Part shown: positions 30,583-40,246 of the stretch, piece by piece
How the letters are laid out: each line of letters begins with the position of its first letter
Position numbering within the stretch: position 1 is the stretch's first letter
Source: an uncultured Chthonomonadaceae bacterium
GTDB lineage: Bacteria; Armatimonadota; Chthonomonadetes; Chthonomonadales; Chthonomonadaceae
DNA length: 64,000 bases
Assembly: GCA_963835065.1 (NCBI GenBank)
Contig: CAWIEK010000008.1
Span: forward strand, 1-64,000
Reading direction: 5' to 3'
The notes under the pieces: generated by a model
What the model was told of the DNA's origin: nothing
Seen by the model: only the letters and a program-made list of their open reading frames with translations
Database searches by the model: none
Made by a program: the position numbers and the translations under genes

Positions 30583-31930
30583 CTATCCTACAGCCTTGCG
30601 AATCGGGCTGCCGCCGCGCGCAAGGGTGATGCGGACGCCTTCCGGGGACGAGATGCTTTGCGTGTAGTCAATGCCCAGGCAGTGGTAAATGGTCGCCGCC
30701 AGGTCTTCGGGGCGGACGGGATCGGAAGCGGGTTCCATGCCCCGCGAATCGGATGCGCCCACAACCGTGCCGCCCTTCACGCCGCCGCCCGCCAGCACCA
30801 TCGAGAACACGCGGGGGTAGTGGTCGCGCCCGCCGTCTTTATTGATGATCGGCGTTCGTCCGAACTCGCCCATCACGACAACGAGCGTCCGTTCCAATAG
30901 TCCGCGTGAAGCGAGGTCGGCGATAAACGTTCCGAAACCCTGATCGAACGTGGGCAGAACGCCGCCTTTGAGTTGGTTGAAAATTTGCGTGTGGTTGTCC
31001 CAGCCGCCGAGCGAGACGGTGGTGAACCGAACGCCCGCTTCCACCAGACGGCGCGACAGCAGCAGGCTTTGCCCGAAGTTGTTGCGTCCGTAAGCGTTGC
31101 GCAGGTCGTCCTTTTCCTGCTTCAGGTCGAACGCGGCGCGGGCTTCGGTTGAGGACAGCAGGGTATAGGCGCGATTATAAAAACTGTCTACCGCCCTTGC
31201 CGTGTCGCTGCCTTTTTCCTGCGCCTTGAACGCGCTGTCTACGGCTTCGCGCAGGGACTTGCGCCGATCCAGACGCTCCACGGACATATTGCCGGGCGCT
31301 TCCATATTCTGCACTTTGAAGTTGGGGTTGGCCGGGTCGGAGCCGGGATAAAACGGGTTCAGGGCCGCGCCCAGAAAGCCCGCGCCCTGCTCGCCCATCG
31401 GCTGCTGCAGGGAAATGTACGGCGGCAGGGCGCTGCGCGGGCCAAGCAGTTGCGACGCCACCGCGCCGTAACTCGGAACCGCGAAACCGGGCAGGGGCAG
31501 AAACCCGGTCAGCATGTAGTGCGTCCCGATTTCATGCGCTCCCGTCGGGCTGGTGACGCTACGAACGACGCAGATTTTATCGCCCACCTTCGCCGTTTTG
31601 GGCAGGTGTTCGGAAATCTGCATCCCGCTTGCGGACGTGTTGATAGGCTTGTAATCGCCCCGGATTTCGAGGGGCGCATCGGGCTTCAAGTCCCACGTAT
31701 CCAGATGGCTCGGCCCGCCGCCAAGCCAGATCAACACGCACGAATCCGCCGTGCCCGAACCCTTCGGTAACGCCGGTTTGGTGGCGGGATTCGCCAGCGC
31801 AGCCTTGTTCGTCGCATCCGCCAGCGCGTAATACCGGGGCATGGTCAGGCCCAACATGCTCAACATGCCGACCTTCAGAAAAATCGCGCCGATGAAAGTT
31901 TTCGCAGTCGCTCAGCCAGTTGTCGCTCAT
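30583..31930 (-). CDS. DUF1501 protein (Tat signal), one extra base in the A5 run at 31879-31883
   Basis: HRRDF[L]KVG, WLGGGPSHLDTWDLKP, RRLVEAGVRF, GWDNH, GEFGRTP and GGRDH motifs. Confidence 0.88.
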
Positions 31931-31941
31931 GGAAGCCTCCA

Positions 31942-32399
31942 GAAGTAGTCAGTAGTCAGTAGTCAGTAGTCAGTAGATTCGGGTTGCGCGCTTGTTTCCA
32001 GCATTGCCCGCATGTAAGCGTTCAACATTCTGCTGATTTCTGTGACAGACTGCATAAGTTCGTTTGTATCGCCGTAGTTCAAGTCTCTGGAAAGGATTAG
32101 ATAGTAACGACATTCTTCCAGAGACGCTTGCGCGATGTTGTAAAACCGCGCTTTTTCTGTCTTGCTTTGTCGTCTATAGCCTTCTGCAATGTTTGCCGGA
32201 ACCGAAACCGCAGCCCGTCTCAATTGCGAAGTTAAGCCATATAGTTCATGCTTTGGAAACTGAACCGTCAGTTGATAAATTGCCAGTACCCACCGATGCG
32301 CCTTCTGCCAAACCGCCAAGTCCTCAAAAGTCTTCGTCATAGCGCCTCTCCCACAGGTCACAATCTACTGACTACTGACTACTGTCTTCTGACTACTTC
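31942..32399. repeat. Inverted (AGTAGTC)n heptamer arrays bracketing one gene
   Basis: 38-bp IR 31942-31979 / 32362-32399, 36/38 complementary. Confidence 0.93.
31963..32340 (-). CDS. Four-helix-bundle protein (23S rRNA-IVP / Avd-like family)
   Basis: FEDLAVWQKA, FPKHELYGLTSQLRRAAVSVPANIAEG and IAQASLEE motifs. The stop codon lies inside the heptamer array. Confidence 0.93.
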   Translation of the reverse strand: MTKTFEDLAVWQKAHRWVLAIYQLTVQFPKHELYGLTSQLRRAAVSVPANIAEGYRRQSKTEKARFYNIAQASLEECRYYLILSRDLNYGDTNELMQSVTEISRMLNAYMRAMLETSAQPESTDY

Positions 32400-32400
32400 C

Positions 32401-35022
32401 TCAGTGATTAAAATAAAACTCGCGGGATGTGACCAGCGCCCACAGCAGGTCTTGTGTGCCTTCCGCGCGGTTTTTCGCTTTGGAAATCAGCGCGGTGGCC
32501 TGGGTTGTTTCCGAGGGCAAGGGAAGACGGCAGAAGGTGCGCAGGTAACATTCGCGCACCACGTCTTCATCGGTTTTGGCGTCTTTGACGATGGTTTTGG
32601 TGGTTGTGCCGTTGTCCACTTTGTTCTCGATGTAGGGCGAGTTGATCATGGTCAGGGTTTGCACCAGATTGGGTTCCAGCTTGGGATCAATTTCGGTCAG
32701 GAATTCGCGGTGCGATTGCCCGAACGAGTCCAGAAAGCTGTTGCCGATGGGAATGGCGGCTTGTATGGCGTGGCTGCGATCCGTAAAATTGGTAAACTGC
32801 TCCCGAACGCCACACGCCTGATTGATCATGTCCAGCAGGGCCTGGCCGGGCATGGGCTTTGCCATAAAGTGCGAAAAGAAGCGGTCATCTTTTTCGTTGG
32901 AGGCGTTGGGAACGGACGAAAGCTGATACGTTTTGGAGTTCAAAATCACGCGAATGACGTGTTTTATGTCGTACTTGCTGTCCACCAGTTCTTTGGCAAG
33001 CGCGTCAAGCAGGCCGGGCACGCTTTCCGGGGTTGTGGCCCGCATATCGTCTACGGGATTGATGATGCCCTTGCCGAAGTAATACGACCACAGGCGATTA
33101 ACGGTAGCGCGGGCAAAGAACGGATTTTTGGAATCGGTGATCCAGTTGGCAAGACCCACAACCATATCGGGCTGCTCGGGCGTAGGCTGCTTGTCGCCCA
33201 AATACGTCGGCGGCGCGATTTTGCCCCGGTTGCGTCCTGTTACCGAATCGTTGCGCAGTTGCGCGCCATGATTGTAACTGATGATTTCTTCATCGTACAA
33301 GCGCCCGCCCCGCCCGGAAACCTTCTGCTCGAACGCGGCGAAGTTCCAGTAATCGTCGGTTGTCCATCTGTCAAAGGGGTGCTTGTGGCACCGCGCGCAC
33401 GACATGCGGACGCCCAAAAACGCCTGTCCGATGTTTTCCATGCGGTCATTGGCCTGCCGCTCGATACGGTAAAAGCAGGCCGGCCCGTTCTGGTACGTGC
33501 TGCCCCGCGCCGTCAGCAGTTCCCGCACAAACTGGTCATACGGCTTATTATCGCGGACGCTGTTCCAAATCCACTCGTGGAACAGCACGGCGGCGCGTTC
33601 CGAAAGGTTGCTGCCGTTGCCGATTTTGCGCGGATTGACCCGCAGCAGATCGGACAGGCGCATAGCGCGATAATCGGCGAATTCCGGTGTTTCCAGCAGG
33701 GCGTCAATGCGTTTGGCGCGTTTATCAGGAGACGTGTCGGCCTGAAAATTCACGATTTCTTCGGGAGTGGGCAGGCGTCCAACCGTATCCAGCGTGACGC
33801 GGCGCAGGAATTCCATGTCCGAGGAGGGCGCGGACGGAACCACGTTGAGCGCTTTCATGTTGTCGAACACGTAGCGGTCAATCGTATTCGTTGTTTGTAT
33901 GACGGGGTATGCGCCTTTACGCTCCTGCGGCAAGGTGATGAAGGACGCGGCAATGGTTCCCAAATAGCGGCCCAAAATCGCGCCGCCACCCCACCGCGAA
34001 CCGGTCACTTCGCCGCTCTGCGAAACGCTCAACACGCCGCTGTTCGTGGACTGAAACACCGTCTGCGCAGTCACGTCGCGTTTGCTGCCATCCGTGTAAG
34101 TGGCCCACACGCGCAGTTGCGTTTTGGGCGGTATGGGCGCGGCAATCGGCGCTGGTTTTGCCGCCACAGGTTTTGCCGCCGCGACAACTTTGCCTTTGCC
34201 ATGCCGGGCTGCCGGTTTCAAAGCCGCCACTTTTACGATTGGCGTTTTGACGGGAACGGGCGCGGGCCGATGCAGAGTGACTTTGGCGGGCGTAATCGTC
34301 AGGGATACGAGGCGCGGGTCTTTATCTGTAAAGGGAGCGCCCTGTTTCAGCCAGTTCAAAATCGTGTTGTAGTCCGGGGAACCGACGGCGAAGCGCGGGC
34401 CGCCGCCGTGCGGCACAACGCCCGCCGCTTTCAGCAGCAGCAGGCTTTTTTCCGGTTCGGCAAAGTTGATGCGCCGTCCCCGCGCCCCGTAGATAATCGG
34501 CTCGTAATCGTCTTCGGGGCTGAGGGTGAGCAGGGAAACTTGAAACCCGCCCCTGCCGCCGAACTTGCCGTGACACGCCGCTGTCGAGCAGCTATTCCTA
34601 TCCAAAATAGGAGCCACATCCCGCAAAAACTCAACGGGTTTTACAGCGGGCTTTACAGAAGCAGTGGACTTCAGGGGGGAAACGAGTTTCACAGCAGGAA
34701 CGGCACTGGCAGGCACAGGTTTGGAGCCGGAAACAGGATTTCCGACATTAGCTGGAGCAGGCGCGGCTTGCTTGCTTGTGGTATCGGGCGACTTTACGGG
34801 TGGCGGCGCGGCAACCGCGCCGACCGCTACACCACACGATGCCGCCAAAGCAAAATACAAAGTAGATTGGATGAAAACGCATAAAATAGCCTCGACAAAC
34901 ACACGATGATGGTTCACGGTTGAGCGCGTTGGTTCCAGGCGTTGAAAACGCCTGTCTCGGTGGCGTTCTGCGTAGGGACATAACATGTTATGTCCGCGCT
35001 CTATACTGCCGGGAGAGGACAT
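32401..35022 (-). CDS. DUF1549/DUF1553 protein with an Ig-like domain (true start probably GTG ~34917)
   Basis: ACHGK..GRGGF, EFLRRVTLD..GRLP, NKPYDQFVRELL, FLGVRMSCARCHKHPFDRWT, NPFFARATVNRLW and EFYFNH motifs. Confidence 0.9.
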   Translation of the reverse strand: MSSPGSIERGHNMLCPYAERHRDRRFQRLEPTRSTVNHHRVFVEAILCVFIQSTLYFALAASCGVAVGAVAAPPPVKSPDTTSKQAAPAPANVGNPVSGSKPVPASAVPAVKLVSPLKSTASVKPAVKPVEFLRDVAPILDRNSCSTAACHGKFGGRGGFQVSLLTLSPEDDYEPIIYGARGRRINFAEPEKSLLLLKAAGVVPHGGGPRFAVGSPDYNTILNWLKQGAPFTDKDPRLVSLTITPAKVTLHRPAPVPVKTPIVKVAALKPAARHGKGKVVAAAKPVAAKPAPIAAPIPPKTQLRVWATYTDGSKRDVTAQTVFQSTNSGVLSVSQSGEVTGSRWGGGAILGRYLGTIAASFITLPQERKGAYPVIQTTNTIDRYVFDNMKALNVVPSAPSSDMEFLRRVTLDTVGRLPTPEEIVNFQADTSPDKRAKRIDALLETPEFADYRAMRLSDLLRVNPRKIGNGSNLSERAAVLFHEWIWNSVRDNKPYDQFVRELLTARGSTYQNGPACFYRIERQANDRMENIGQAFLGVRMSCARCHKHPFDRWTTDDYWNFAAFEQKVSGRGGRLYDEEIISYNHGAQLRNDSVTGRNRGKIAPPTYLGDKQPTPEQPDMVVGLANWITDSKNPFFARATVNRLWSYYFGKGIINPVDDMRATTPESVPGLLDALAKELVDSKYDIKHVIRVILNSKTYQLSSVPNASNEKDDRFFSHFMAKPMPGQALLDMINQACGVREQFTNFTDRSHAIQAAIPIGNSFLDSFGQSHREFLTEIDPKLEPNLVQTLTMINSPYIENKVDNGTTTKTIVKDAKTDEDVVRECYLRTFCRLPLPSETTQATALISKAKNRAEGTQDLLWALVTSREFYFNH

Positions 35023-35041
35023 AACATGTTATGTCCCTACG
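34971..35041. repeat. GTAG-type REP doublet (REPIN-like)
   Basis: CGTAGGGACATAACATGTTATGTCC and its reverse complement 21 bp away; each contains a 20-bp palindrome. Confidence 0.85.
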
Positions 35042-35069
35042 GACGCAATACACGATTGTACAAAGGTTC

Positions 35070-35112
35070 GCGTCCGTAGGACGCTTGCACTTTCCTGCCG
35101 GGTATTTTCAAT
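35070..35112 (-). repeat. TTGAAAATACCCGGCAGGAAA...AAGCGTCCT..GGACGC repeat
   Basis: Near-identical to 1246-1288 and 54021-54063. Confidence 0.8.
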
Positions 35113-35270
35113 ATCCGGAATGCAGGCGGCAGTTGTTCCGTTTGGACACGCGACTGCCTGCCTAAGTTGCATCTTTTTGTAGGTTTTTGCCGGTTTACGC
35201 GATGAACTTTCCTCAAAGGCGAATGTTTCGCGCTAAATTCGCGTATGAGAACGCACCCGCATAGCATTTC

Positions 35271-35300
35271 TTGACAGCAGGGTATGTCACATGCTATGAT
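35271..35300 (+). promoter_or_regulatory. Sigma70 promoter
   Basis: TTGACA-N18-TATGAT with an extended -10 TG, upstream of the LCP gene. Confidence 0.7.
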
Positions 35301-35453
35301 GAATTTGATACTTATGGCTGAAATCTGTTTGCGCCTTCAAACGGCTTGCAAACAGACGCATGGACAGCCAGGCCGCATTGCCAGCGTGTTACCCTGCGCA
35401 TCAACAGCCGCCGCGCCGGTTCATGCGGGCGATTTTCAAGGAGAACCTCAGAC

Positions 35454-37092
35454 GTGAATGACCCGGAGCAACCGCGCGACAACAAATTTCCCCTGACGAA
35501 CAACGCCCCCAAAGGCGCGTCTTCGTTCGAAGCCAAGCCTTCTACGCCTGCGGCTGCCTCTGCCGCCGGTGGCAAGAAAACGGCGCGGCCTCGCAACGTC
35601 TGGACGTATCTGAAGTGGGGAGTGTTTTCCGCCGTATCGGTCAGCGCGCTGGCTGCGGGAACCGTTTTCGGGTATCTCATCCACAATAGCAAAGAGTTTT
35701 CCAACGCCGTTGGAACGTTTATCAGCCACTCCAAGCAAACCATTATTGAACACGATCTCACAGCCGCGTGGACGCCGGAAAACCAGCATTTGACGGACAA
35801 GGGCAATACCATCAATGTGCTGATTTTGGGCTGCGACCATGATTATGATGACCGGACGCAAAAGCCCATTCTGACCACACCGGGCCGCAGCGACAGCATC
35901 TTGATGGCGCACATAGATTTTGAGCATCAGACCATCAAATGCCTGACCATTCCGCGCGATACGGCCGTGAGTATTCCCGACCATCGCGGCCTGCACAAGA
36001 TCAACGCCGCGCATGAGTTCGGCGACAACGCCCTGACGGTTCGCACCATCAAGGAACGCTTCGGACTGGACAGCGATTATTGCGTGACGCTGGATTTTGA
36101 AAGTTTTCAGAAGGTTGTCAACGCGCTTGGCGGCGTGGATGTCAACGTTCACAAGCCCCTCAACTATGACGACAACTGGGGCAACCTGCACGTTCATCTT
36201 AAAGCCCGGTATGCAGCACCTCAACGGCTACCAGGCGATGGGCTATGTGCGTATCCGGCACTCCGACAGCGACCTTGCCCGCTCCGAACGCCAGCATGAG
36301 TTTCTGGAATCCATTCGCAGCAAGGTCAACCCCACCATCATTCCCAAACTGCCCCGCATTTTGTCTGCAATCACGTCCGACCTGCACACCGATATGACGC
36401 AGGATCAGATGATCGCCCTTGCCAACTTTGCCCGCAAGCTGAAGCCGGAGCAGATACAACTGATTACCCTGCCCAACTACGAGGGCCGCAGTTACTGCTA
36501 CATCTATCCTGACAAAGCCCGCAAAGTCATTGCCGAATTGTTCTATGACGGCAATGAAAGCATGGTGAAGATGGATACGCCAAGTTGGGATCAAGTGGCT
36601 GCCCTGAACAACTCGCGCGGCCTGAACAGCGCGGGCGAAGGCGGCGGAGGCGGAGACAGTTTGGGACGCAAACGGCGCTCCGGGCGGCACAGTACCGCGC
36701 TCACGGACGCGACAACGCCCCGCGACGACAGCGGCAAGCCCCTCGCGGATGCCAACGACAACCCCGAAACGGCAACCGACCTGACACCCGTAGATCGCTC
36801 CAACGAAGAAACCGTTTCGGACGGCAAGCGCGCCCGCCGCAAGCGCCACAGCGATACCGGTGACGCCTCCGGCGACACGCCCCGCGGCAAGGACAAAGAC
36901 GGTTCCGCTGACGCCGGCTCCAAAGACACCAAAAAAGACTCCGGCGATAAGGGCGACAGCGGCTCCAAAGATACCGGCTCTAAAAGCGACGGCAGTGGCG
37001 ATAAGGGCGACAAGAGCGGCGACACGGGCGACAAAACCGGAAGCGGCGACAAAGGCGATACCACCGGAAGTGGCGCAGGCGGCACATTCTAA
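35454..37092 (+). CDS. LCP (LytR-CpsA-Psr) family protein, one extra A at ~36201-36203, with a D/G/K/S-rich tail
   Basis: TM helix, NVLILGCD, RSDSIL, IPRD, KINAA and LGGVDV; second frame LKPG.QHLNG..AMGYVRIRHSDSDLARSERQ. Confidence 0.87.
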
Positions 37093-37140
37093 AAAGTTGA
37101 TAGTTGATAGTTCGTAGTTGATAGGGATGCGCAAGAGCGC

Positions 37141-37195
37141 AAACGGCTTCGGTATCTGGCGCGTTCGTAATGAACACCAGACACCGAAGCCGTTT
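37141..37195. terminator. Bidirectional-type hairpin between convergent genes
   Basis: AAACGGCTTCGGTATCTGG...CCAGACACCGAAGCCGTTTTT. Confidence 0.6.
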
Positions 37196-37238
37196 TTGAA
37201 CATCTGCTAACCGTTGTAGGGCTGCATCAAACCTTGCT

Positions 37239-39035
37239 CTACTGGTTCGGGACGGCTCCCGCGCCATCATCGGCGGCGGGGGTGGACGCGCCCGCAGAAG
37301 CAGGCTTCGCGCCGGTTCTTCCGGCTCCCGCCGCAGCGGGAGCCGGCTTCGATTTGGGCGGGGCTGTGCCCACAATCACGACGGAGGGAATGGCGCGGTA
37401 GTGCGTGGTAATCGGTTCGCGCTTCACTTCCTGCCCGTTGTCCTTCACCACGCGATACCACGTCACGTCAATGCGCGGGTGTCCCGGCACTTTCACTTCG
37501 GTATGGCCGGCAGGGAGGCTTGGGTCATGCTGGGTTTCCGTGCCGAAATCGCCCTGAACGAATTTGCCGCGCGTCAGCGTGACCTCACGCCCCGGCGTCT
37601 TCTTGCCGTACACGCGGAACGTCAGCGAACCGTTGTGGCCGCGCCCGTAAATGTAAACCGGGGCGTCCGTGCTGTTCATAAACTTAAAGTCAATATCGCC
37701 ATCAACCACTGTCGCGTCCAGTCCCTGCGGCACATAATGGACGGGAAAAGCGTGGTGTGAGCGATCCACAATCTTCAAGTTGGACAGCAAAACCGAGTTA
37801 AACAAGGTCGTGGAAACCTGACATACGCCGCCGCCCACACCCGGCTTCAGTACGCCGCGCACGATTTCCGGGGCCGTTTTGAAGCCACATTCCAGGCTGC
37901 GCGGCCCGACAGTTTTGTTGTAGGAGAACACTTCGCCGGGACGTAAAACCGTTCCATTGATGCGGCTGGCGGCAAGCGCGACATTGCTGTGCCGATTGGC
38001 CGTGCCGCCAATATCCGTCTGCTTCATACCCAACAGGCCATTGATCTGCCGAATGTCCTCGTAGGTGATGCTTGCGGGCGTTGCTTTCGCCGCCAGTTCC
38101 ACTTCAATAGGCTGCGAAGTATCTCCAACAGGGGGGTTGGCGGTTGGCAGTTGGTGATTGGTGGCTGGCGGCTGGTGATCGGTGATTGGTTTGGGCTGCC
38201 CCTCAGTCGTGTCGCTCCTGGGCGCAGCAGGAGTGGTAACGGAGCCATTCGCGCCCCCCGGTTTCTGATGCGCGTTCGGGTCCGCCGGAGCAGCATCCTC
38301 ACTTTTCCCTTTTTCCTTTTCCCTTTTCCCTTCCTCGGTCTCCCCCTCTGATCCCTGTTCCCTGTTCCCTGTTCCCTGTTCCCTACCCTGCGTTGCGCCA
38401 TTGAAACCGACCCATGCCTGCGTAATGGCGGTGGCGGAAGCGTTCACATCCACGCCCAGGCCAGGTTTGTCGTGGAGATAGGCCGTGATTTGCGTACCAT
38501 CCAGTTTCAAGCGGGCGTTGCGGGGCTTGCGGTTCACCTGAAACGCGATCTGCCGGACATAAGCGCGTACCTGATTGTCGTCCATCGCCACGCGGGCGGG
38601 AACCAGAATGGTTTTGCTGCCGGTCAGCGCATGGGACATTTGCGCCAACATGCCTTCGCGCCCCGCTTTGCTCACATCATCCAGCGTAGCGGGAATGTCG
38701 AAGCCGAGTTTCAGTTTACGCGCTGTTGTCGTCCACGTTTTGGGAACATGCGCGTCTTCGGCAAAGCGCAGTTTCAGTTCCACGTCCTGCCGCGCATTGC
38801 CCCATTGCTGCAGCAGCGTCCGCGCTTCCTCCAGGGTTTTGCCGCCCAACTTCAAATTGCCGACCTGTACGCCCGGCGCGATTTCGTTGTCGGGCACGCG
38901 CGCCCGCGCCCCAAGCAGGCCGACGCCCGCAACGGCAAACAGGGCCACCGGCGTCACGACATACAGGCGGCGCGGGCCGGCATAACGAACTTTCGGAGCG
39001 TTTTTGCTGGGAGAACTTTTAGATGTTGCTGACAC
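37239..39035 (-). CDS. VanW-family protein with a peptidoglycan-binding region and a G5-like C-terminus
   Basis: NRHSNVALAA..INGTVLRPGEVFSYN, GGGVCQVSTTLFN, RSHH and GLDATV motifs. Confidence 0.88.
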   Translation of the reverse strand: MSATSKSSPSKNAPKVRYAGPRRLYVVTPVALFAVAGVGLLGARARVPDNEIAPGVQVGNLKLGGKTLEEARTLLQQWGNARQDVELKLRFAEDAHVPKTWTTTARKLKLGFDIPATLDDVSKAGREGMLAQMSHALTGSKTILVPARVAMDDNQVRAYVRQIAFQVNRKPRNARLKLDGTQITAYLHDKPGLGVDVNASATAITQAWVGFNGATQGREQGTGNREQGSEGETEEGKREKEKGKSEDAAPADPNAHQKPGGANGSVTTPAAPRSDTTEGQPKPITDHQPPATNHQLPTANPPVGDTSQPIEVELAAKATPASITYEDIRQINGLLGMKQTDIGGTANRHSNVALAASRINGTVLRPGEVFSYNKTVGPRSLECGFKTAPEIVRGVLKPGVGGGVCQVSTTLFNSVLLSNLKIVDRSHHAFPVHYVPQGLDATVVDGDIDFKFMNSTDAPVYIYGRGHNGSLTFRVYGKKTPGREVTLTRGKFVQGDFGTETQHDPSLPAGHTEVKVPGHPRIDVTWYRVVKDNGQEVKREPITTHYRAIPSVVIVGTAPPKSKPAPAAAGAGRTGAKPASAGASTPAADDGAGAVPNQ

Positions 39036-39217
39036 GGAACGATAACCTTACTTGCCTGTAAATTGGGTCAAAGATTGTTGTCTTACGAGGTTACAAGGCA
39101 ATCTTATATAAAACGGCCCAGGCAGAGCGCAGAACGGCACGAAAAACTACAGATTGTATCCCTACGTTAGAAACTTCGCGGGCGGAGGAATGTGACAGAA
39201 ACTAGTTAATTTGATGG

Positions 39218-39994
39218 TTAATTTTCGGAATGGTGGGAGCCGTGCCCGCTGCCGATAGCCGCATGTTCCCTGTGGTGGTGCAGCCCTTCATGCAGTTCCA
39301 GACGGGCGATCAGTTCTTCCAATTTTTCGCTGTGCTGTTCCAGCAATTCCAAACGCTGGCGCAGTTCGCGGATGGTTTCGTCCTGCGGGTCCACGCGGTT
39401 GATAAAGTTGTCCATAACGCCGCTGTCCGCGTCCTGAGCGCTGACCGCGCCGAGCATGGCATAATCTTCGTTAGCCCGTTGCCCCTCGCGGCGCACAATG
39501 CGCCCCGGAATGCCGACAACCGTGCAATGGGCGGGAATGTCTTTGTTGACAACCGCGTTCGCGCCGATTTTGCAATGGTCGCCAATGGTAATCGGGCCAA
39601 GTATTTTCGCGCCCATGCCGACAAGAACGCCGTTGCCCAATGTCGGGTGGCGCTTTACCTTGTCCAGACTCGTGCCGCCAAGCGTGACCTGATGGTACAG
39701 CAATACATCGTCGCCGATAATGGCCGTTTCGCCAATAACGATCCCCATGCCGTGATCAATAAAGAAACGCCTGCCGATGGTCGCGCCGGGATGGATTTCA
39801 ATGCCGGTCATAAAACGGGCGAATTGCGACAGGAAACGCGCGCCTAACTTCAGCCGACGCTTCCACAGGGCGTGGGCAAACCGGTGCAGCCATACGGCAT
39901 GTAATCCCGGATAGGTCAGCACTTCCAGCAGGCTGCGAGCGGCAGGGTCTTTGTGAAAAACCGTTTGTACATCTTCGCGCAAACGTGCAAACAC
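39218..39994 (-). CDS. cysE: Serine O-acetyltransferase
   Basis: [33 protein letters not shown] and KRHPT motifs. Confidence 0.95.
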   Translation of the reverse strand: MFARLREDVQTVFHKDPAARSLLEVLTYPGLHAVWLHRFAHALWKRRLKLGARFLSQFARFMTGIEIHPGATIGRRFFIDHGMGIVIGETAIIGDDVLLYHQVTLGGTSLDKVKRHPTLGNGVLVGMGAKILGPITIGDHCKIGANAVVNKDIPAHCTVVGIPGRIVRREGQRANEDYAMLGAVSAQDADSGVMDNFINRVDPQDETIRELRQRLELLEQHSEKLEELIARLELHEGLHHHREHAAIGSGHGSHHSEN

Positions 39995-40246
39995 GATAAT
40001 TTAAAATTCCTTTGAAGATTGAAACACCTACCAAAGTTTAGCACACAATTGGGGAAACCGCAATGCGGCAATAGAGGATTGCCGCATTTTTCACGCTGCT
40101 TATACATTCAACGCCGCTATGTGCCGGCAGGTGTTGCGCATGAGAGCCGCGCAACACCTATCTTCATCAAAATCGAACCAGAAACCTTTGCGTTCACGCG
40201 CCGGGAGGAATGATCTTTCAGGTTCTTGTACTGCGCGTTGTATGCC

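Noticed and set aside
31963..32340. Diversity-generating retroelement (Avd-like gene)
   Set aside because: No reverse transcriptase and no TR/VR pair. The only long repeat (lctP end) differs at synonymous positions, not specifically at adenines.
32248..34884. 878-aa plus-strand ORF
   Set aside because: Antisense shadow of the DUF1549/1553 gene with no motifs. The same applies to 300-1310, 19140-20558, 26541-27569, 44827-46017 and 52066-53070.
36850..37090. GDK/SGD tandem repeats
   Set aside because: Codon-phase low-complexity protein tail of the LCP protein, not a DNA-level element.
40062..40088. 11-bp inverted repeat upstream of cysE as an operator or T-box part
   Set aside because: No T-box consensus seen; it cannot be distinguished from a simple terminator hairpin.
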